NCBI GenBank assembly: GCA_963674945.2
Contig: CAXXWQ010000003.1
Span: 832,001 to 896,000, forward strand
DNA from: an uncultured Desulfosarcina sp.
GTDB taxonomy: Bacteria > Desulfobacterota > Desulfobacteria > Desulfobacterales > Desulfosarcinaceae
Length of the DNA stretch: 64,000 nt
Direction: 5' to 3'
Position numbers and translations under genes: made by a program. Below the pieces are notes generated by a model. The model was not told the origin of the DNA and did no database searches. It saw only the letters and a list, made by a program, of their open reading frames with translations. Positions 31,095-41,082 of the stretch are shown piece after piece; positions within the stretch are counted from its first letter, which is position 1; every line of letters begins with the position of its first letter.

Positions 31095-32776
31095 TATTCA
31101 GTATGTTCCAGGTTTTTCTTGGGGATCTTTTCAAGGACACCATGCGTATGTCTGACATAGGCATGATCACCATCTGTTGATTCGACAGTACCAACCGTGC
31201 CATGGGTATTCCGACGGGCGTCATTCACTTTGACCTTATGGCCTTTGGCAAAATCACCACGAGCTTTGGCTTCCTTGCGAGCTTTTTCCTCCCGAACTTC
31301 TTGAGAAGATCGTCGCGTTGACGTCTTTTTATCAACCGCCGCACCCTTTTTCTCTTCGGGTTTGTAGATCGTAACCGCCTTGCTCGCGGCATCGAAATAA
31401 GCTACACTTTTGCCATCCTTTTCGAACATAGTTCCGCCAGAAGACCCGGACATCGTTTTATCCCAGATGACCCCGGATCCCTTCAAAACCCTTTCAGCTT
31501 CTTTTGGTGTATGAACATCCCTCACGATCCGATCGCCGGCAGGTTTATCTACAGCTTTTTTCTTTGCTTCCGCAGTTTTCGAAGCAATCCGTTGATGTTT
31601 CGACGAAAAAGTCTTCTTGGCAGTCGAATCTTTTTTATCCCAATCCGGATCTGCGTTTTTGGCCTTATCCAACATCTCTTTGATTTTTTTGCCATCAGAA
31701 AATGGAATCTTTCCAACGTCAAAAATGGGATTTCCGGCCTGTTCTCCCATCCCGTAAAACATCACATATTTTTCGTTGGTATCGACTGAAGCGGTGACGC
31801 CATCTATCTTGTAAGTCGAACCACCCCCGTGGACTTTTCCGGAATAAGCCCACCCCTCTTTTTTAAGAAGGGATTTCAGTGAACTTTCCGTTAATGATTC
31901 CTGATCCGCTTTCGATGTTTTACTGGCCGCATCCTTTGCCGCCTTCCGGCGCTTCACTTCCTCAGTCACCTTGTTCATCAGATCGGCGAAAAGTTTTTTC
32001 CCGGCGGCATCCAGCTTATCCTTGTTCTCGTTTCCCAGCTTAACCAACGTATTGCTATACTCAGTCAACTGTTGATCGGACATCTTTTTGTAATCTTTCA
32101 TGAAACCGTCGAGATTGGAACTTTTGGAGTCTTTCTTTTCAACCGCATTTTTCAAACCAGCAAGAGCAGGAGCAGCATTCTTATCCTTTCCGTCTTTTTT
32201 GTTCTCCGATCCCTTGATATCGGAAGGATCAACAGTATAGCTCCCGGAGCCAACTTTCACATTTACCTTGCCGGGAGCCACATATTCGACCACCCCTTCG
32301 ATCGACTTATCTGACGCCAACGCATCATACTTTCGAGGGTTGGTTATTGTGACTCTATCCCCTGGTTTGAAGGAACCCTCCTTCGAATCCGCCACCTTTG
32401 CGGTGCCCGCATCCTTCGAATCGTGGTGTTCCAAATGATCGGCATGGAAGTCGACAGCATGTTTCTCTCCCTCAATCTTCCCCCGAACGACATCGTATTT
32501 ATCCGAATACCCGGACACCTCCATGGTCTTGCCATGGTGCTTGCTCTTCGGATTGTTGACCTTTACCTTATGGCCTTTATGAAAAGACACGGCGACCTCA
32601 TCCTTATGTCGCGCATCATCGTAATCTTTGATAAATTCCCGGCGACCAGTCTTGGGATTCACTCGAAAATGGGCTTTAATATGAGCCTTTATGAGATCCC
32701 CACCAAGCAACCGACCAAGATCTTTGCAGTCACCAGTATCTATGCTTTTCGCCAACGCTTCATCGTATGCGCCCAT
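31094..32776 (-). CDS. Lys-rich protein with shared N-terminal motif and three KOW/SH3-like repeats
   Basis: DLIKAHIKAHFRVNPKTGRREFIKDYDD; FHKGHKVKVNNP, FKPGDRVTITNP, FAKGHKVKVND. Confidence 0.7.
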   Translation of the reverse strand: MGAYDEALAKSIDTGDCKDLGRLLGGDLIKAHIKAHFRVNPKTGRREFIKDYDDARHKDEVAVSFHKGHKVKVNNPKSKHHGKTMEVSGYSDKYDVVRGKIEGEKHAVDFHADHLEHHDSKDAGTAKVADSKEGSFKPGDRVTITNPRKYDALASDKSIEGVVEYVAPGKVNVKVGSGSYTVDPSDIKGSENKKDGKDKNAAPALAGLKNAVEKKDSKSSNLDGFMKDYKKMSDQQLTEYSNTLVKLGNENKDKLDAAGKKLFADLMNKVTEEVKRRKAAKDAASKTSKADQESLTESSLKSLLKKEGWAYSGKVHGGGSTYKIDGVTASVDTNEKYVMFYGMGEQAGNPIFDVGKIPFSDGKKIKEMLDKAKNADPDWDKKDSTAKKTFSSKHQRIASKTAEAKKKAVDKPAGDRIVRDVHTPKEAERVLKGSGVIWDKTMSGSSGGTMFEKDGKSVAYFDAASKAVTIYKPEEKKGAAVDKKTSTRRSSQEVREEKARKEAKARGDFAKGHKVKVNDARRNTHGTVGTVESTDGDHAYVRHTHGVLEKIPKKNLEHTE

Positions 32777-32801
32777 GATTGTTTTCTCCTATTGATTGAT
32801 C

Positions 32802-33455
32802 CTACATTAAATACTCCAACTTGCAGACTGCCTGAATAGGAAGACGATAATGTTCAGGCGCTGGTTTCCGAAATTTAATATGCGTATCCCTAACGATGTG
32901 AATATGTGATAGAACTCCCCATGATGGATGCATCCGATAAGCAACCGAAAAATATGCACCGGCCACCGGGCTCGTCCCCCCGGTCACCCACTGAATCTTG
33001 CCATTGGAAATCACATAATCCGTAACAGGTGCGTAAACCACACCACCCGGGCCGACCACACGCAAGATGTCAAGCATCGCAAAACGTGCAGTATCTTGCG
33101 TACCGCTACCCCGCGTAAGCAATTCTGAATAGGCGATCACCGATTTATTATTGACAATCCGATCATGGTAACCCAGTTCCACCTCAGCCTTGACCGTCAA
33201 ATTCATTGTTCCGATCAACATCCCGCCGGTGTCCATGAATTGTTTTTCCGTCGTAATACTGGTCATGATGCCCTGGATCTCTTCAGCCCCATAGTACTGC
33301 CATCCCCTATCGCAATAGAGGCAGTTCGGATCAGGATGACCAGTTTGCGAATCCAGACAAGGACACTGTATGGCGTGATAATGGGTAAAAAAATACCCAT
33401 GCTTTTCGATCATCTCATCGAAAGAGCCAACTCTGAAATCAACCCGGCCGGCCAT
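32802..33455 (-). CDS. Head-closure/neck protein
   Basis: CPC...C..C..GW.Y zinc site, GT..LT...LGYHDRI; position after adaptor. Confidence 0.6.
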   Translation of the reverse strand: MAGRVDFRVGSFDEMIEKHGYFFTHYHAIQCPCLDSQTGHPDPNCLYCDRGWQYYGAEEIQGIMTSITTEKQFMDTGGMLIGTMNLTVKAEVELGYHDRIVNNKSVIAYSELLTRGSGTQDTARFAMLDILRVVGPGGVVYAPVTDYVISNGKIQWVTGGTSPVAGAYFSVAYRMHPSWGVLSHIHIVRDTHIKFRKPAPEHYRLPIQAVCKLEYLM

Positions 33456-34192
33456 TATGCCACCGCCAATCGAATACCCTTGTACCGATCTCGAAGATTC
33501 GGCAATTGGGTTTTGATCTGTCGCTCGTATTGACGGATACGGGCACTGTATGCCGAGTTCTCGGCAGACTGGGTTGTTCCAATGCTTTCACTCAACCCGT
33601 CAATGGAAATGCTCTGGGACGCGATACCGGCACCAAGCAGAATATCACCCATAATGTTCATGACACCGATACACGCCTTCATGGCGATGATGTCAACGAT
33701 ATCGCCGGGCACAGCTTCATCTGCAAATCCGGCTGTGTAGTCGACTTTGAACAAATGCGGCATCTGTGTCAGCCGACTGGTGATCAGTGGCAGCAAGACA
33801 CCATTCCCCTGTCCCAACAGCACTTGCGACAGGCTCCCGGTGGTCGGCACCAATTGAAGCTGTCCTGAATTTTTATAGACGTGGATCCAGTCCGCGGGAA
33901 AAGTCATGACCGGCTGGCCCGCATACTCGGCGATCAGACTTTCAACACTGACCACCGGGTAATTGTAAAGCTGGATGTAACAAAATTCTTGATATTCATC
34001 GAGATGATAGTCATGCGTTTCGCTAATGGATGTCGGAGCAATCTTGATATGAAGCTCGTTCTCCAACCAGCTTACGCTTTTGGCAATCCATTTATCGATA
34101 TTTCTCGTCGGATATTCATTTCCATCATCATCGACGAGAGGAATGCCAAAAAGATAGTCTTGTTTTATATCTGCGGCTGTTGGAAGTTTCAT
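33455..34192 (-). CDS. Head-tail adaptor protein
   Basis: YLFGIPL, E.EL.I.I.P, L..YPV.SV, VDYTAGF..VP.DI, SISIDGLSES. Confidence 0.7.
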   Translation of the reverse strand: MKLPTAADIKQDYLFGIPLVDDDGNEYPTRNIDKWIAKSVSWLENELHIKIAPTSISETHDYHLDEYQEFCYIQLYNYPVVSVESLIAEYAGQPVMTFPADWIHVYKNSGQLQLVPTTGSLSQVLLGQGNGVLLPLITSRLTQMPHLFKVDYTAGFADEAVPGDIVDIIAMKACIGVMNIMGDILLGAGIASQSISIDGLSESIGTTQSAENSAYSARIRQYERQIKTQLPNLRDRYKGIRLAVA

Positions 34193-34211
34193 TCAAAATT
34201 GCTCCTTTCCA

Positions 34212-34694
34212 TTAACCGATGATTTTCTTGAACAGTGTCATTAGAAGAGTAAATAACCCACCCCCGATCAAACCATAGAACATGAGAGTGGCAGCCTGTT
34301 TTGCCTGAGTAACGCTTTGCCCTTGAACCTTTTCCGAGACAATCTTCAAATCAACTGCGGCGGCTTTATCAGAAAGACCAGACCTTAATTCGTCATAATT
34401 ACTTTTTAAATCCTTCGATTCAGCCTTTTTAACCAATGCGGCGCGGCAAACTTCCACATCGTTTTTTACAGTAATCAAATCATCTTTTGAACTTTTGGCA
34501 TTCGACACTTTTTCACATCGATCACGACAAGCTTGTTGTTGCGATCGAATTGTTTCGATCACTTTCCATTGTTCAAGGTCTTCTTCGTGAAGATGCGTTA
34601 ACTTCTCCCGGATATAATCCAGGGCCGCAGAAACGGTGCCACGCCATTCAACAAAACGAGTCAGTTCATTGAAATTGGAATTTTTTTCGCTCAT
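34212..34694 (-). CDS. Coiled-coil protein with single C-terminal TM helix (possible holin-like)
   Basis: Heptad-like body plus LMFYGLIGGGLFTLLMTLF-KK. Confidence 0.5.
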   Translation of the reverse strand: MSEKNSNFNELTRFVEWRGTVSAALDYIREKLTHLHEEDLEQWKVIETIRSQQQACRDRCEKVSNAKSSKDDLITVKNDVEVCRAALVKKAESKDLKSNYDELRSGLSDKAAAVDLKIVSEKVQGQSVTQAKQAATLMFYGLIGGGLFTLLMTLFKKIIG

Positions 34695-34697
34695 TTC

Positions 34698-35120
34698 CTA
34701 TTGCATTGCCGGATCTGCTGGAACTGTCACCAAAACAGCCGCGCACTCATCGGTAATTGGAAAAATCGTATGTGACATCATCGGATTGATCGTCATACGG
34801 CGGCCTTTTGTAAGAATCGTTTTTCCATCTTGAGTTTCAATTTCGATGACCCCTTTACTACAGACAATCCATTTCTTTTGAGTATGGGTGACCGCAGGAA
34901 AGGGGTTATTGTCATGACGAGACCGCACAATGAAACCAACTGAGAAACCATCCAAGCCATGTGCCCAGATGTGAAAATCCCAGTCACCAGCCTCATGGAT
35001 ACTTTTGCCCTTGGTGACAACCAATCCAAGGGCAAAAAGAGTATCCAAATAACGAAGTTCGGGTTCAATTTCATTGATACGTTCGATCGCTTTATCCAAC
35101 GGATTTTTGTCCTTATTCAT
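34698..35120 (-). CDS. Cupin-fold protein
   Basis: Start MNKDKNP at 35120; H...WIVCSKG.IEI...L..G....I.P...H.I cupin pattern. Confidence 0.55.
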   Translation of the reverse strand: MNKDKNPLDKAIERINEIEPELRYLDTLFALGLVVTKGKSIHEAGDWDFHIWAHGLDGFSVGFIVRSRHDNNPFPAVTHTQKKWIVCSKGVIEIETQDGKTILTKGRRMTINPMMSHTIFPITDECAAVLVTVPADPAMQ

Positions 35121-35487
35121 CGTTCGACGCCTTTTTTGGACGACCTTTCCGCCTGGTGATTGCTTTACCATTCTCAGTAATTGGATTACGGGTTCCCTCG
35201 ACTTTCTCCGGAGTAATTTCCTCAGCTCCTTCAGGACCGATTCCCTCGACTTTCTCCGGAGTAGGGATAACCACCTCCAGCTCCGTTTGTTCAGGGGTGG
35301 GAATGGTTGCCTCCGGCTCTTTCTTTTCCTCAAAAAAATCAAGAACGGTAAAACCATTCAATTTGCGAACATTTTGTGCAACCTCAGTCGGAACTGTGGC
35401 TACCCCATTTTCATCGTAATCGACGATATAAGAGCCAATTACGGCACCCTTGATTCCCTTGAAGGCCTCATTTTGGATTCTTGCCAT
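35113..35487 (-). CDS. Hypothetical head-region protein
   Basis: 124 aa, AAGGGG RBS, TPEKVEG repeated twice, basic RRKGRPKK tail. Confidence 0.6.
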   Translation of the reverse strand: MARIQNEAFKGIKGAVIGSYIVDYDENGVATVPTEVAQNVRKLNGFTVLDFFEEKKEPEATIPTPEQTELEVVIPTPEKVEGIGPEGAEEITPEKVEGTRNPITENGKAITRRKGRPKKASNDE

Positions 35488-35536
35488 AACATTCCCCTTT
35501 TCAACTATTTTATTGAATCATTGCTTGCCCACCGGA

Positions 35537-36118
35537 TCAGGCAATGGCGGCCGCCTGTTTCTCAAACAAGGTATCCGCTTCATAGAAAACGATATTGTCG
35601 TCTGCCACCAGAGAAGTTGTTCCGGGGCTCACAACCGTGGCGGCTTTTCCAACGACAGCCCAACCAAGAATGGCATGATCGGCGTTCGGAGCAACGGCTT
35701 GAATCGCAGCAAGTGCATCGGCGGCAGTATCATACCCGGCGGCGGCATTGGTTACTTCTATGAGATCCACGGTGCCGTTGATTCCCACCTCGAAACGCCA
35801 ACCATTGTATTTGCCGGATACCGTTGCCGCCAAAGCATCCGGGGCGACACCGGCGGCATTTGCAGCTAACCTGTACCCGACACCATTGATAAGATAATGA
35901 ACAAGATTGTGAGCGATATCGGTATTCGTTGTCCCTGGAGCAAGACCGACCACATGCAGGATTTCATCTCCCCCTGCCAAGGCCAATGCTGTTTGAAATT
36001 GATTGTTACTGGCAATCAAAGCGTCGATCAGATCGGAAACGCCCGCCTCTTTAAGTACGGGATCGTATTCTTTCAACAGTCTTTTTTGTATTGCGGTTAA
36101 TGCAGATAAAGTAGCCAT
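35537..36118 (-). CDS. Putative capsid decoration/minor head protein
   Basis: Ala-rich 193 aa directly downstream of major capsid gene; AGGAGG RBS. Confidence 0.5.
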   Translation of the reverse strand: MATLSALTAIQKRLLKEYDPVLKEAGVSDLIDALIASNNQFQTALALAGGDEILHVVGLAPGTTNTDIAHNLVHYLINGVGYRLAANAAGVAPDALAATVSGKYNGWRFEVGINGTVDLIEVTNAAAGYDTAADALAAIQAVAPNADHAILGWAVVGKAATVVSPGTTSLVADDNIVFYEADTLFEKQAAAIA

Positions 36119-36137
36119 GATTTTCCTCCTACTTTTA

Positions 36138-36177
36138 GAAGAGAAAAGCCCAGGAGCCTACGCGACCCCCGGGCTTT
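36138..36177 (-). terminator. Terminator-like hairpin after major capsid gene
   Basis: Minus strand AAAGCCCGGGGG...CTCCTGGGCTTT then TCTCTTCT. Confidence 0.55.
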
Positions 36178-36210
36178 CGGGTTAAAACCGGTTATTCACT
36201 CCGGGGCATA

Positions 36211-37650
36211 TTAAATGAGATCGACTTTCTCACTGCCTCCGACATTGATGAACTGTACCCATTTCTTGGGCGCATAGATGATGAAGGTCAAATAACAGAG
36301 AATCATCCATCGATATGCGGGAGCCAAGACAGCCAGATCCATTTTCATCAATGGAGCAAGCTGTTTGACAGCAAGAACCTGAGAACTCAACTCGCCAACG
36401 AAAGCCTTGGTGGTGCCGGCCATATTCTTGCCGGTATCATCCCAGGTCGTGGTGCCACTGCCAGCCTGACTGGTTGCTCGAACACGGGCGACCAACATTT
36501 TGACCGAACCACCGACTTTGGTCTTGTAGATATTGAAATACTCGGGTTCAATGGTAACCGAACCCGCATTTGTGATGGTGAACGGAATGTGTTTTGCCAC
36601 ATCATCGGAACCAACGGTAACCGGGGAACCGATGGCCACGGCGGCCGATTCACCGTACCGGTTAACGGCGGAAACGGCGTAATTGTAAACACCGGCACCG
36701 CCATGGGTTGTCCAGACACCATCGGTACCCGTCATCGATCCGGCCGCAATGGAGGCCGGGGGCGTCGGTGCTTTACCACTGGTTGCCGAAGCCGGCGCGA
36801 TTTTCCCAGCGTTCAAGAACACATCGGGATTCAGATTCACCTTACCGAAAGGCGTATTCACGTCGGGAATATTGGCGCCGACGGTATAACCACCCTGTCC
36901 GGTCGGCAGGGGCACACGCTCTTTGGGCAACATGGTGTCACAGAAGGCCTGATGGGCCGCAAAACTCAAGAATACATCCGTGGGATTCCCGTAGTTACTG
37001 GCGACCATCTGGGCGGCCAAGGAGAACGCACCTTCGGACAAAGCGGCGCCCTTGAGGTCGATGACATTGCCGGAATCGATCTGTTTCTCGATGCCATTGA
37101 ATTCCACACCCTCACGATGGGTGGAATCGGTGGCCGCTCCCAGATAACACATGTCGGCGTCGCCGTTGAGCAGACCCCACTCCAGATTTTTGAGAATCCA
37201 GAGAATACCGTTGGTGTTTTCCTGGGCCGTCACATCCCCGATATTGGTTTTTACCAAAGTCATGGGATGGGAAATGCTCCTGGTCGTACCCAGAAATTTC
37301 ACCAGGGAGGTCTGTCGGTTATAGGTGGAATCCACGGTTTCGGGCAGGGTTCCTTCGGGAAGAAAGGCTCCGCTCTCATCACCGACCGCCGACAACTGGT
37401 TAAACTCTTCGACGGTGGAGTACGCAGGCAGCTTGGGCACTCTTTGCCAGAAGGCACAGTGTTTGGCCTGATGGGTCAGAACCTTCAAAGAGGCTTCCAG
37501 GGACTCGACACGCAATGCCCCACCACCGGAAACGGGCGGATTGTCATAGCCGGCGGTCAGAGCTTTGTTGAGATCCTCGACTTCCCGCATGCTGGTGAAT
37601 CCCATGGTATGGATATCTTCATACTGGGCAAGGGTGATAATATCGTTCAT
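36211..37650 (-). CDS. Major capsid protein (A511/Twort-like, HK97 fold)
   Basis: KALTAGY..GGGALRVESLE, AYSTVEEF, GAFLPEG, LVKFLG, LEWGL..GD, EFNGI, LAPLMKMDLA. Confidence 0.88.
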   Translation of the reverse strand: MNDIITLAQYEDIHTMGFTSMREVEDLNKALTAGYDNPPVSGGGALRVESLEASLKVLTHQAKHCAFWQRVPKLPAYSTVEEFNQLSAVGDESGAFLPEGTLPETVDSTYNRQTSLVKFLGTTRSISHPMTLVKTNIGDVTAQENTNGILWILKNLEWGLLNGDADMCYLGAATDSTHREGVEFNGIEKQIDSGNVIDLKGAALSEGAFSLAAQMVASNYGNPTDVFLSFAAHQAFCDTMLPKERVPLPTGQGGYTVGANIPDVNTPFGKVNLNPDVFLNAGKIAPASATSGKAPTPPASIAAGSMTGTDGVWTTHGGAGVYNYAVSAVNRYGESAAVAIGSPVTVGSDDVAKHIPFTITNAGSVTIEPEYFNIYKTKVGGSVKMLVARVRATSQAGSGTTTWDDTGKNMAGTTKAFVGELSSQVLAVKQLAPLMKMDLAVLAPAYRWMILCYLTFIIYAPKKWVQFINVGGSEKVDLI

Positions 37651-37674
37651 TTTAAGATCCTCCTAATAATTGGT

Positions 37675-37686
37675 GTAATTAATTAC
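37675..37686 (-). promoter_or_regulatory. GTAATTAATTAC palindrome, copy 3
   Basis: Exact copy, just upstream of capsid RBS AGGAGG. Confidence 0.75.
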
Positions 37687-37707
37687 TTTGTTTTAAAGCG
37701 AAATTTT

Positions 37708-38505
37708 TTACTCGCTGGTGAGTTTTTTGATCAAATGCGGCGAAAGTGAACCACCGGACTCGAATCTGACGATATCCATGGATGTCACAGCCGGATCACC
37801 CCTCTCAAACATCGATGTCAGGGACTTGAGGATTTGATCTTTGCTCATCTCTTTTTTTTCACCCTCACCACCCTCGAAAGACTTCTGTAAAACTGTGGTT
37901 TTAGACTTCGGAGTCCGAAGAGGTTGCTTGGCCAATTCATTGTTCAAGGCTTCCACGGACTTGCGAAGGTCTTCGGTCTGACGATCCGTTCGATCCGCTA
38001 CGGACTGAAAAGACTTCTTCAATGTATCGACGATGGAAAGGGCAATATTCTGATTAGCCTCGGTGGCCTTGAACAGACTCTTCTCGATGGCGTCAAGCCT
38101 CTCAGTTTGCGCCTGACGGATTCCATCGATGGCCTCGCCGACTTTATCGACAAGGGCGGCCAAGAAATCACTCACTTCGACGGCTTTTTGGATATCCTCA
38201 TTGTCGTTAATGAGATCTTCCGTGAAAGGACTGTCTTCGGAACCGGCTTCGGCGCTTTGACTTTTCTCGACACCTTCATCGTCGTTTCCATCTTCATCTT
38301 CATCTTCATCGCCATCGCCGCTTTTTTCCAGGTCGCCGCCGCAGCCCTTGTCCAAATCCTCGATGCCACCATCGGTTTGACTCTTTTCCAAATCCTCGTT
38401 CTCTCCATCACCCGATGGAATCAGTCCTTTGGCGAGTTTTTCAAGCTCATCCAAAGCCGCGAAGAAAGAATTTTCGGGGATGGCTTTTTCTTTTTGTTCA
38501 AGCAT
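37708..38505 (-). CDS. Capsid scaffolding protein
   Basis: Acidic coiled-coil protein between protease and capsid genes; many (L/I/V)xK(S/A/G) motifs; AAGGAGG RBS. Confidence 0.7.
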   Translation of the reverse strand: MLEQKEKAIPENSFFAALDELEKLAKGLIPSGDGENEDLEKSQTDGGIEDLDKGCGGDLEKSGDGDEDEDEDGNDDEGVEKSQSAEAGSEDSPFTEDLINDNEDIQKAVEVSDFLAALVDKVGEAIDGIRQAQTERLDAIEKSLFKATEANQNIALSIVDTLKKSFQSVADRTDRQTEDLRKSVEALNNELAKQPLRTPKSKTTVLQKSFEGGEGEKKEMSKDQILKSLTSMFERGDPAVTSMDIVRFESGGSLSPHLIKKLTSE

Positions 38506-38521
38506 GATTACCTCCTTGTAA

Positions 38522-39415
38522 TTATGATTTGACACTTGCCAAAAATTTCTGCATGACAGAATTGAAAACCATTTGTACCAACCGTCTGGCTTTTTCCTCG
38601 GAATAGCCTCTTTCTTTCATCAGACGTTCAATGGCTTCTTTTTCAGTGATTTCGCCGCCGGCTCCAGGCATATCCAAATTGGTAAGCCCTTCTTCGATAG
38701 ATTCTTTACGAAGCGCAGACCCTCCGCTTTGCGGTGGATTCTGATTTCCGGCTTCCATCATTTTGGCCAGATCTCCAGACATTTTTTCCGGACCACGAGA
38801 AAAAATCTTTCTGAAAGCCGATAATATGACGTTCTCCATCCGCTCCCAGTACCCCAAAGGTTCGGGCTCCTTGGGTGTCTCTTCCTCATCTTCAACGTAA
38901 CCGTTGACTTCAATGTCGTTGGAAATACTTTTGATCACATCAAGGAAAGTATCGGGGTGCATCGGCTCGGCGGTGATGGCGATATCTTTGATCCAGCTTC
39001 TCTTGACGATCTTGCCGTCTCTTTTGAGTGTTTTTCCTTCGACACTGAGACCAAGCCGACGATCACTGCCAGATTTTTGCAGAGCATCGGCAAGTTCAAC
39101 GATACCTTGGGCGCGAGGCGTGTCGAACAGATATCCTCTAACCCTCAAACCTTCAGGGGTAACCGCAGCTTCTGTAGGCACACCAACTTTCCCGTCGGTC
39201 GTCTTGGAATGGTTGTCGTTGAAATAACCCCGGGAGAGAAGATACGAAAGATCCATCCCAGCCAAAATCACCGTCTCACCAACAAGGTCAGGGGACTCGA
39301 CGGAAGCGACACCATCGATCCAGGTTTTTCCGTCCTTTCCCTTTTTCAGATCGAGCGGAACATGAAACCGGAACGATCCGTCATCGTGAATGCCTAATGG
39401 TATTTGTGATTCCAT
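38522..39415 (-). CDS. Prohead protease
   Basis: IDGVAS.ESPDLVGE, GYFNDNH (His), LGLSVEG (Ser), IAITAEP. Confidence 0.85.
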   Translation of the reverse strand: MESQIPLGIHDDGSFRFHVPLDLKKGKDGKTWIDGVASVESPDLVGETVILAGMDLSYLLSRGYFNDNHSKTTDGKVGVPTEAAVTPEGLRVRGYLFDTPRAQGIVELADALQKSGSDRRLGLSVEGKTLKRDGKIVKRSWIKDIAITAEPMHPDTFLDVIKSISNDIEVNGYVEDEEETPKEPEPLGYWERMENVILSAFRKIFSRGPEKMSGDLAKMMEAGNQNPPQSGGSALRKESIEEGLTNLDMPGAGGEITEKEAIERLMKERGYSEEKARRLVQMVFNSVMQKFLASVKS

Positions 39416-39430
39416 GGTTTTGGCCTTTCC

Positions 39431-39481
39431 AAATAAAAAAGGGAGTAAAAGAGATGCACGAATGCACCCGATTACTCCCTT
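39431..39481 (-). terminator. Terminator/attenuator hairpin directly before protease RBS
   Basis: Minus strand AAGGGAGTAA...TTACTCCCTT followed by TTTTATTT. Confidence 0.6.
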
Positions 39482-39597
39482 AAAAACGAAGCTTAACGCC
39501 GCCCGTCTGGCAGCACCAAATTTTATCCGAACCTATTATTCGCTGTTACATTTCGAAAAACCTCTTTTAAAATACAAAAGAAGAAACGCTTTTCAAT

Positions 39598-39609
39598 GTA
39601 ATTAATTAC
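39598..39609 (-). promoter_or_regulatory. GTAATTAATTAC palindrome, copy 4
   Basis: Exact copy ~180 nt upstream of protease start. Confidence 0.75.
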
Positions 39610-39620
39610 TTTAATTATAG

Positions 39621-39863
39621 TCAGGTTGTTTTCCGCCTGTCAACACCAAAAACGACATGAATCTGTTTTTTTCTTCCACCGGTTTTCCCAGAGGATTGCA
39701 AATGAATCGGCAAAGGTACGTCATCCCCGCATTTACAGCATTTCCCAATGCACTGGTCGCCCTCCCAGACCAAGATCTTAGCTCGCAGCTTTGTCTTGCC
39801 ATCCGGATACTTCTGGATCATCTCGGTACCGCATTGGGGACAACGTAATATACCGACTGTCAT
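39621..39863 (-). CDS. Small zinc-ribbon protein
   Basis: CPQCG...CCKCG; ATGA coupling with upstream HAD gene. Confidence 0.6.
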   Translation of the reverse strand: MTVGILRCPQCGTEMIQKYPDGKTKLRAKILVWEGDQCIGKCCKCGDDVPLPIHLQSSGKTGGRKKQIHVVFGVDRRKTT

Positions 39864-40240
39864 TTTACCCCCGTGGCCAAAAGATGCAAAATCAGCTCGA
39901 CAGATGAATCCCAATCGGTGAACCGTATTCCTCGGTCATCCAGATACACATCGGCAACAACCTTTCTCGAATTATCATCCGGAGATTGAATATCCGGATG
40001 GACATCTGCATTGATCGCATCGAATCCAATCCCGTATTTCTCCAGATATGCGCTCAAGACCGGTTCATTATTTCTGCATGTCCAGATGATCACCTTGATC
40101 CCGTGAGACCGGAGGATGTCGATCGCCTCCCTGGCCCCCGGCTTCGGCGGTAGAAAATGATCTTCCCCTTTCCATCCGTCGTATTCTGCAATTACCCCAT
40201 CAAAATCGATAGCCACGATAAACGGCACGCTGTTTTCCAT
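39860..40240 (-). CDS. HAD-superfamily phosphatase
   Basis: DFDGV motif I, WTCR motif II, K, ADVYLDDR motif IV. Confidence 0.85.
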   Translation of the reverse strand: MENSVPFIVAIDFDGVIAEYDGWKGEDHFLPPKPGAREAIDILRSHGIKVIIWTCRNNEPVLSAYLEKYGIGFDAINADVHPDIQSPDDNSRKVVADVYLDDRGIRFTDWDSSVELILHLLATGVK

Positions 40241-40242
40241 AA

Positions 40243-41082
40243 TTATTTACCCTTGGGCTTTTTGAAAACGATTCGACCATCGTTATCGAACTCATGAAGT
40301 TTTGGATTGAAATATGCCACTTCACAGAAACAGTGAGGATGAAGGGGTGGAAGCCCCGGTGCCCGCCGGATCTCCGCAGCCGTCCGGTCGACGTTGTTCC
40401 TGGCGGCTAAATCGGCAAGTTTGAATACTCGTGGTTTTCCCCTCAACAGAAAAGCCGATCGACAGAGATCACAACAATCCGGGTGCGGGCGGACAATCAC
40501 GCAGGACTCAGCCCCGAACTGTTTTGTAATGCCATGGGCGATGCCATTTGTCCGGGCGCCATGCAATTCAGTATTGACGATCCGGTGCCAATCCCTTTGG
40601 ACATCTTCGGTCGCCCGCCGTAGCAAAGCGATCATCTCTCCCCGGGCTTTCCTCTCCCGGGCCGCATTCGACATTGTTTCCTGAATAATCCCCCGCATGG
40701 CCGTTTCCTTGGCCGCATCCTGAACGATCCTCAACGTAGTCGATTCGATCCGGTTCCCCAGGCCCTGGCAATAAAGGGCAGCCGAATCATTCAACCATTT
40801 GATTGAAGCCTTTTCGATATCGCTCAATGGCAGCCGGCGAATGGTATCCTTGATCATGTCAAAAGACGCCCCGGCCAGCCTCGGGTCCAGTGAACTGAGC
40901 ACACCGAATAAATAGGCATCAGCGACGGCGCTATCCGGTACGGATGGATCGATAATACCTGCCGCCTGGAGTTTGCGAATATCGATTCCAGATGGAGGGC
41001 TGCCGGTAAATTGATAGATGGCGATCCCCACATGCTCCCGGATGATTCGGGCGATTTCTTCGATCTGTTCTTTATTCAGCAT
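40243..41082 (-). CDS. MuF/SPP1 gp7-like head morphogenesis protein
   Basis: RIVNTELHGARTNG, CCDLC, PPLHPHCFC. Confidence 0.8.
   Translation of the reverse strand: MLNKEQIEEIARIIREHVGIAIYQFTGSPPSGIDIRKLQAAGIIDPSVPDSAVADAYLFGVLSSLDPRLAGASFDMIKDTIRRLPLSDIEKASIKWLNDSAALYCQGLGNRIESTTLRIVQDAAKETAMRGIIQETMSNAARERKARGEMIALLRRATEDVQRDWHRIVNTELHGARTNGIAHGITKQFGAESCVIVRPHPDCCDLCRSAFLLRGKPRVFKLADLAARNNVDRTAAEIRRAPGLPPLHPHCFCEVAYFNPKLHEFDNDGRIVFKKPKGK

Noticed and set aside
35192..35264. Direct repeat TTCCCTCGACTTTCTCCGGAGTA (two copies)
   Set aside because: Explained as an intragenic duplication encoding TPEKVEG twice in a low-complexity linker.
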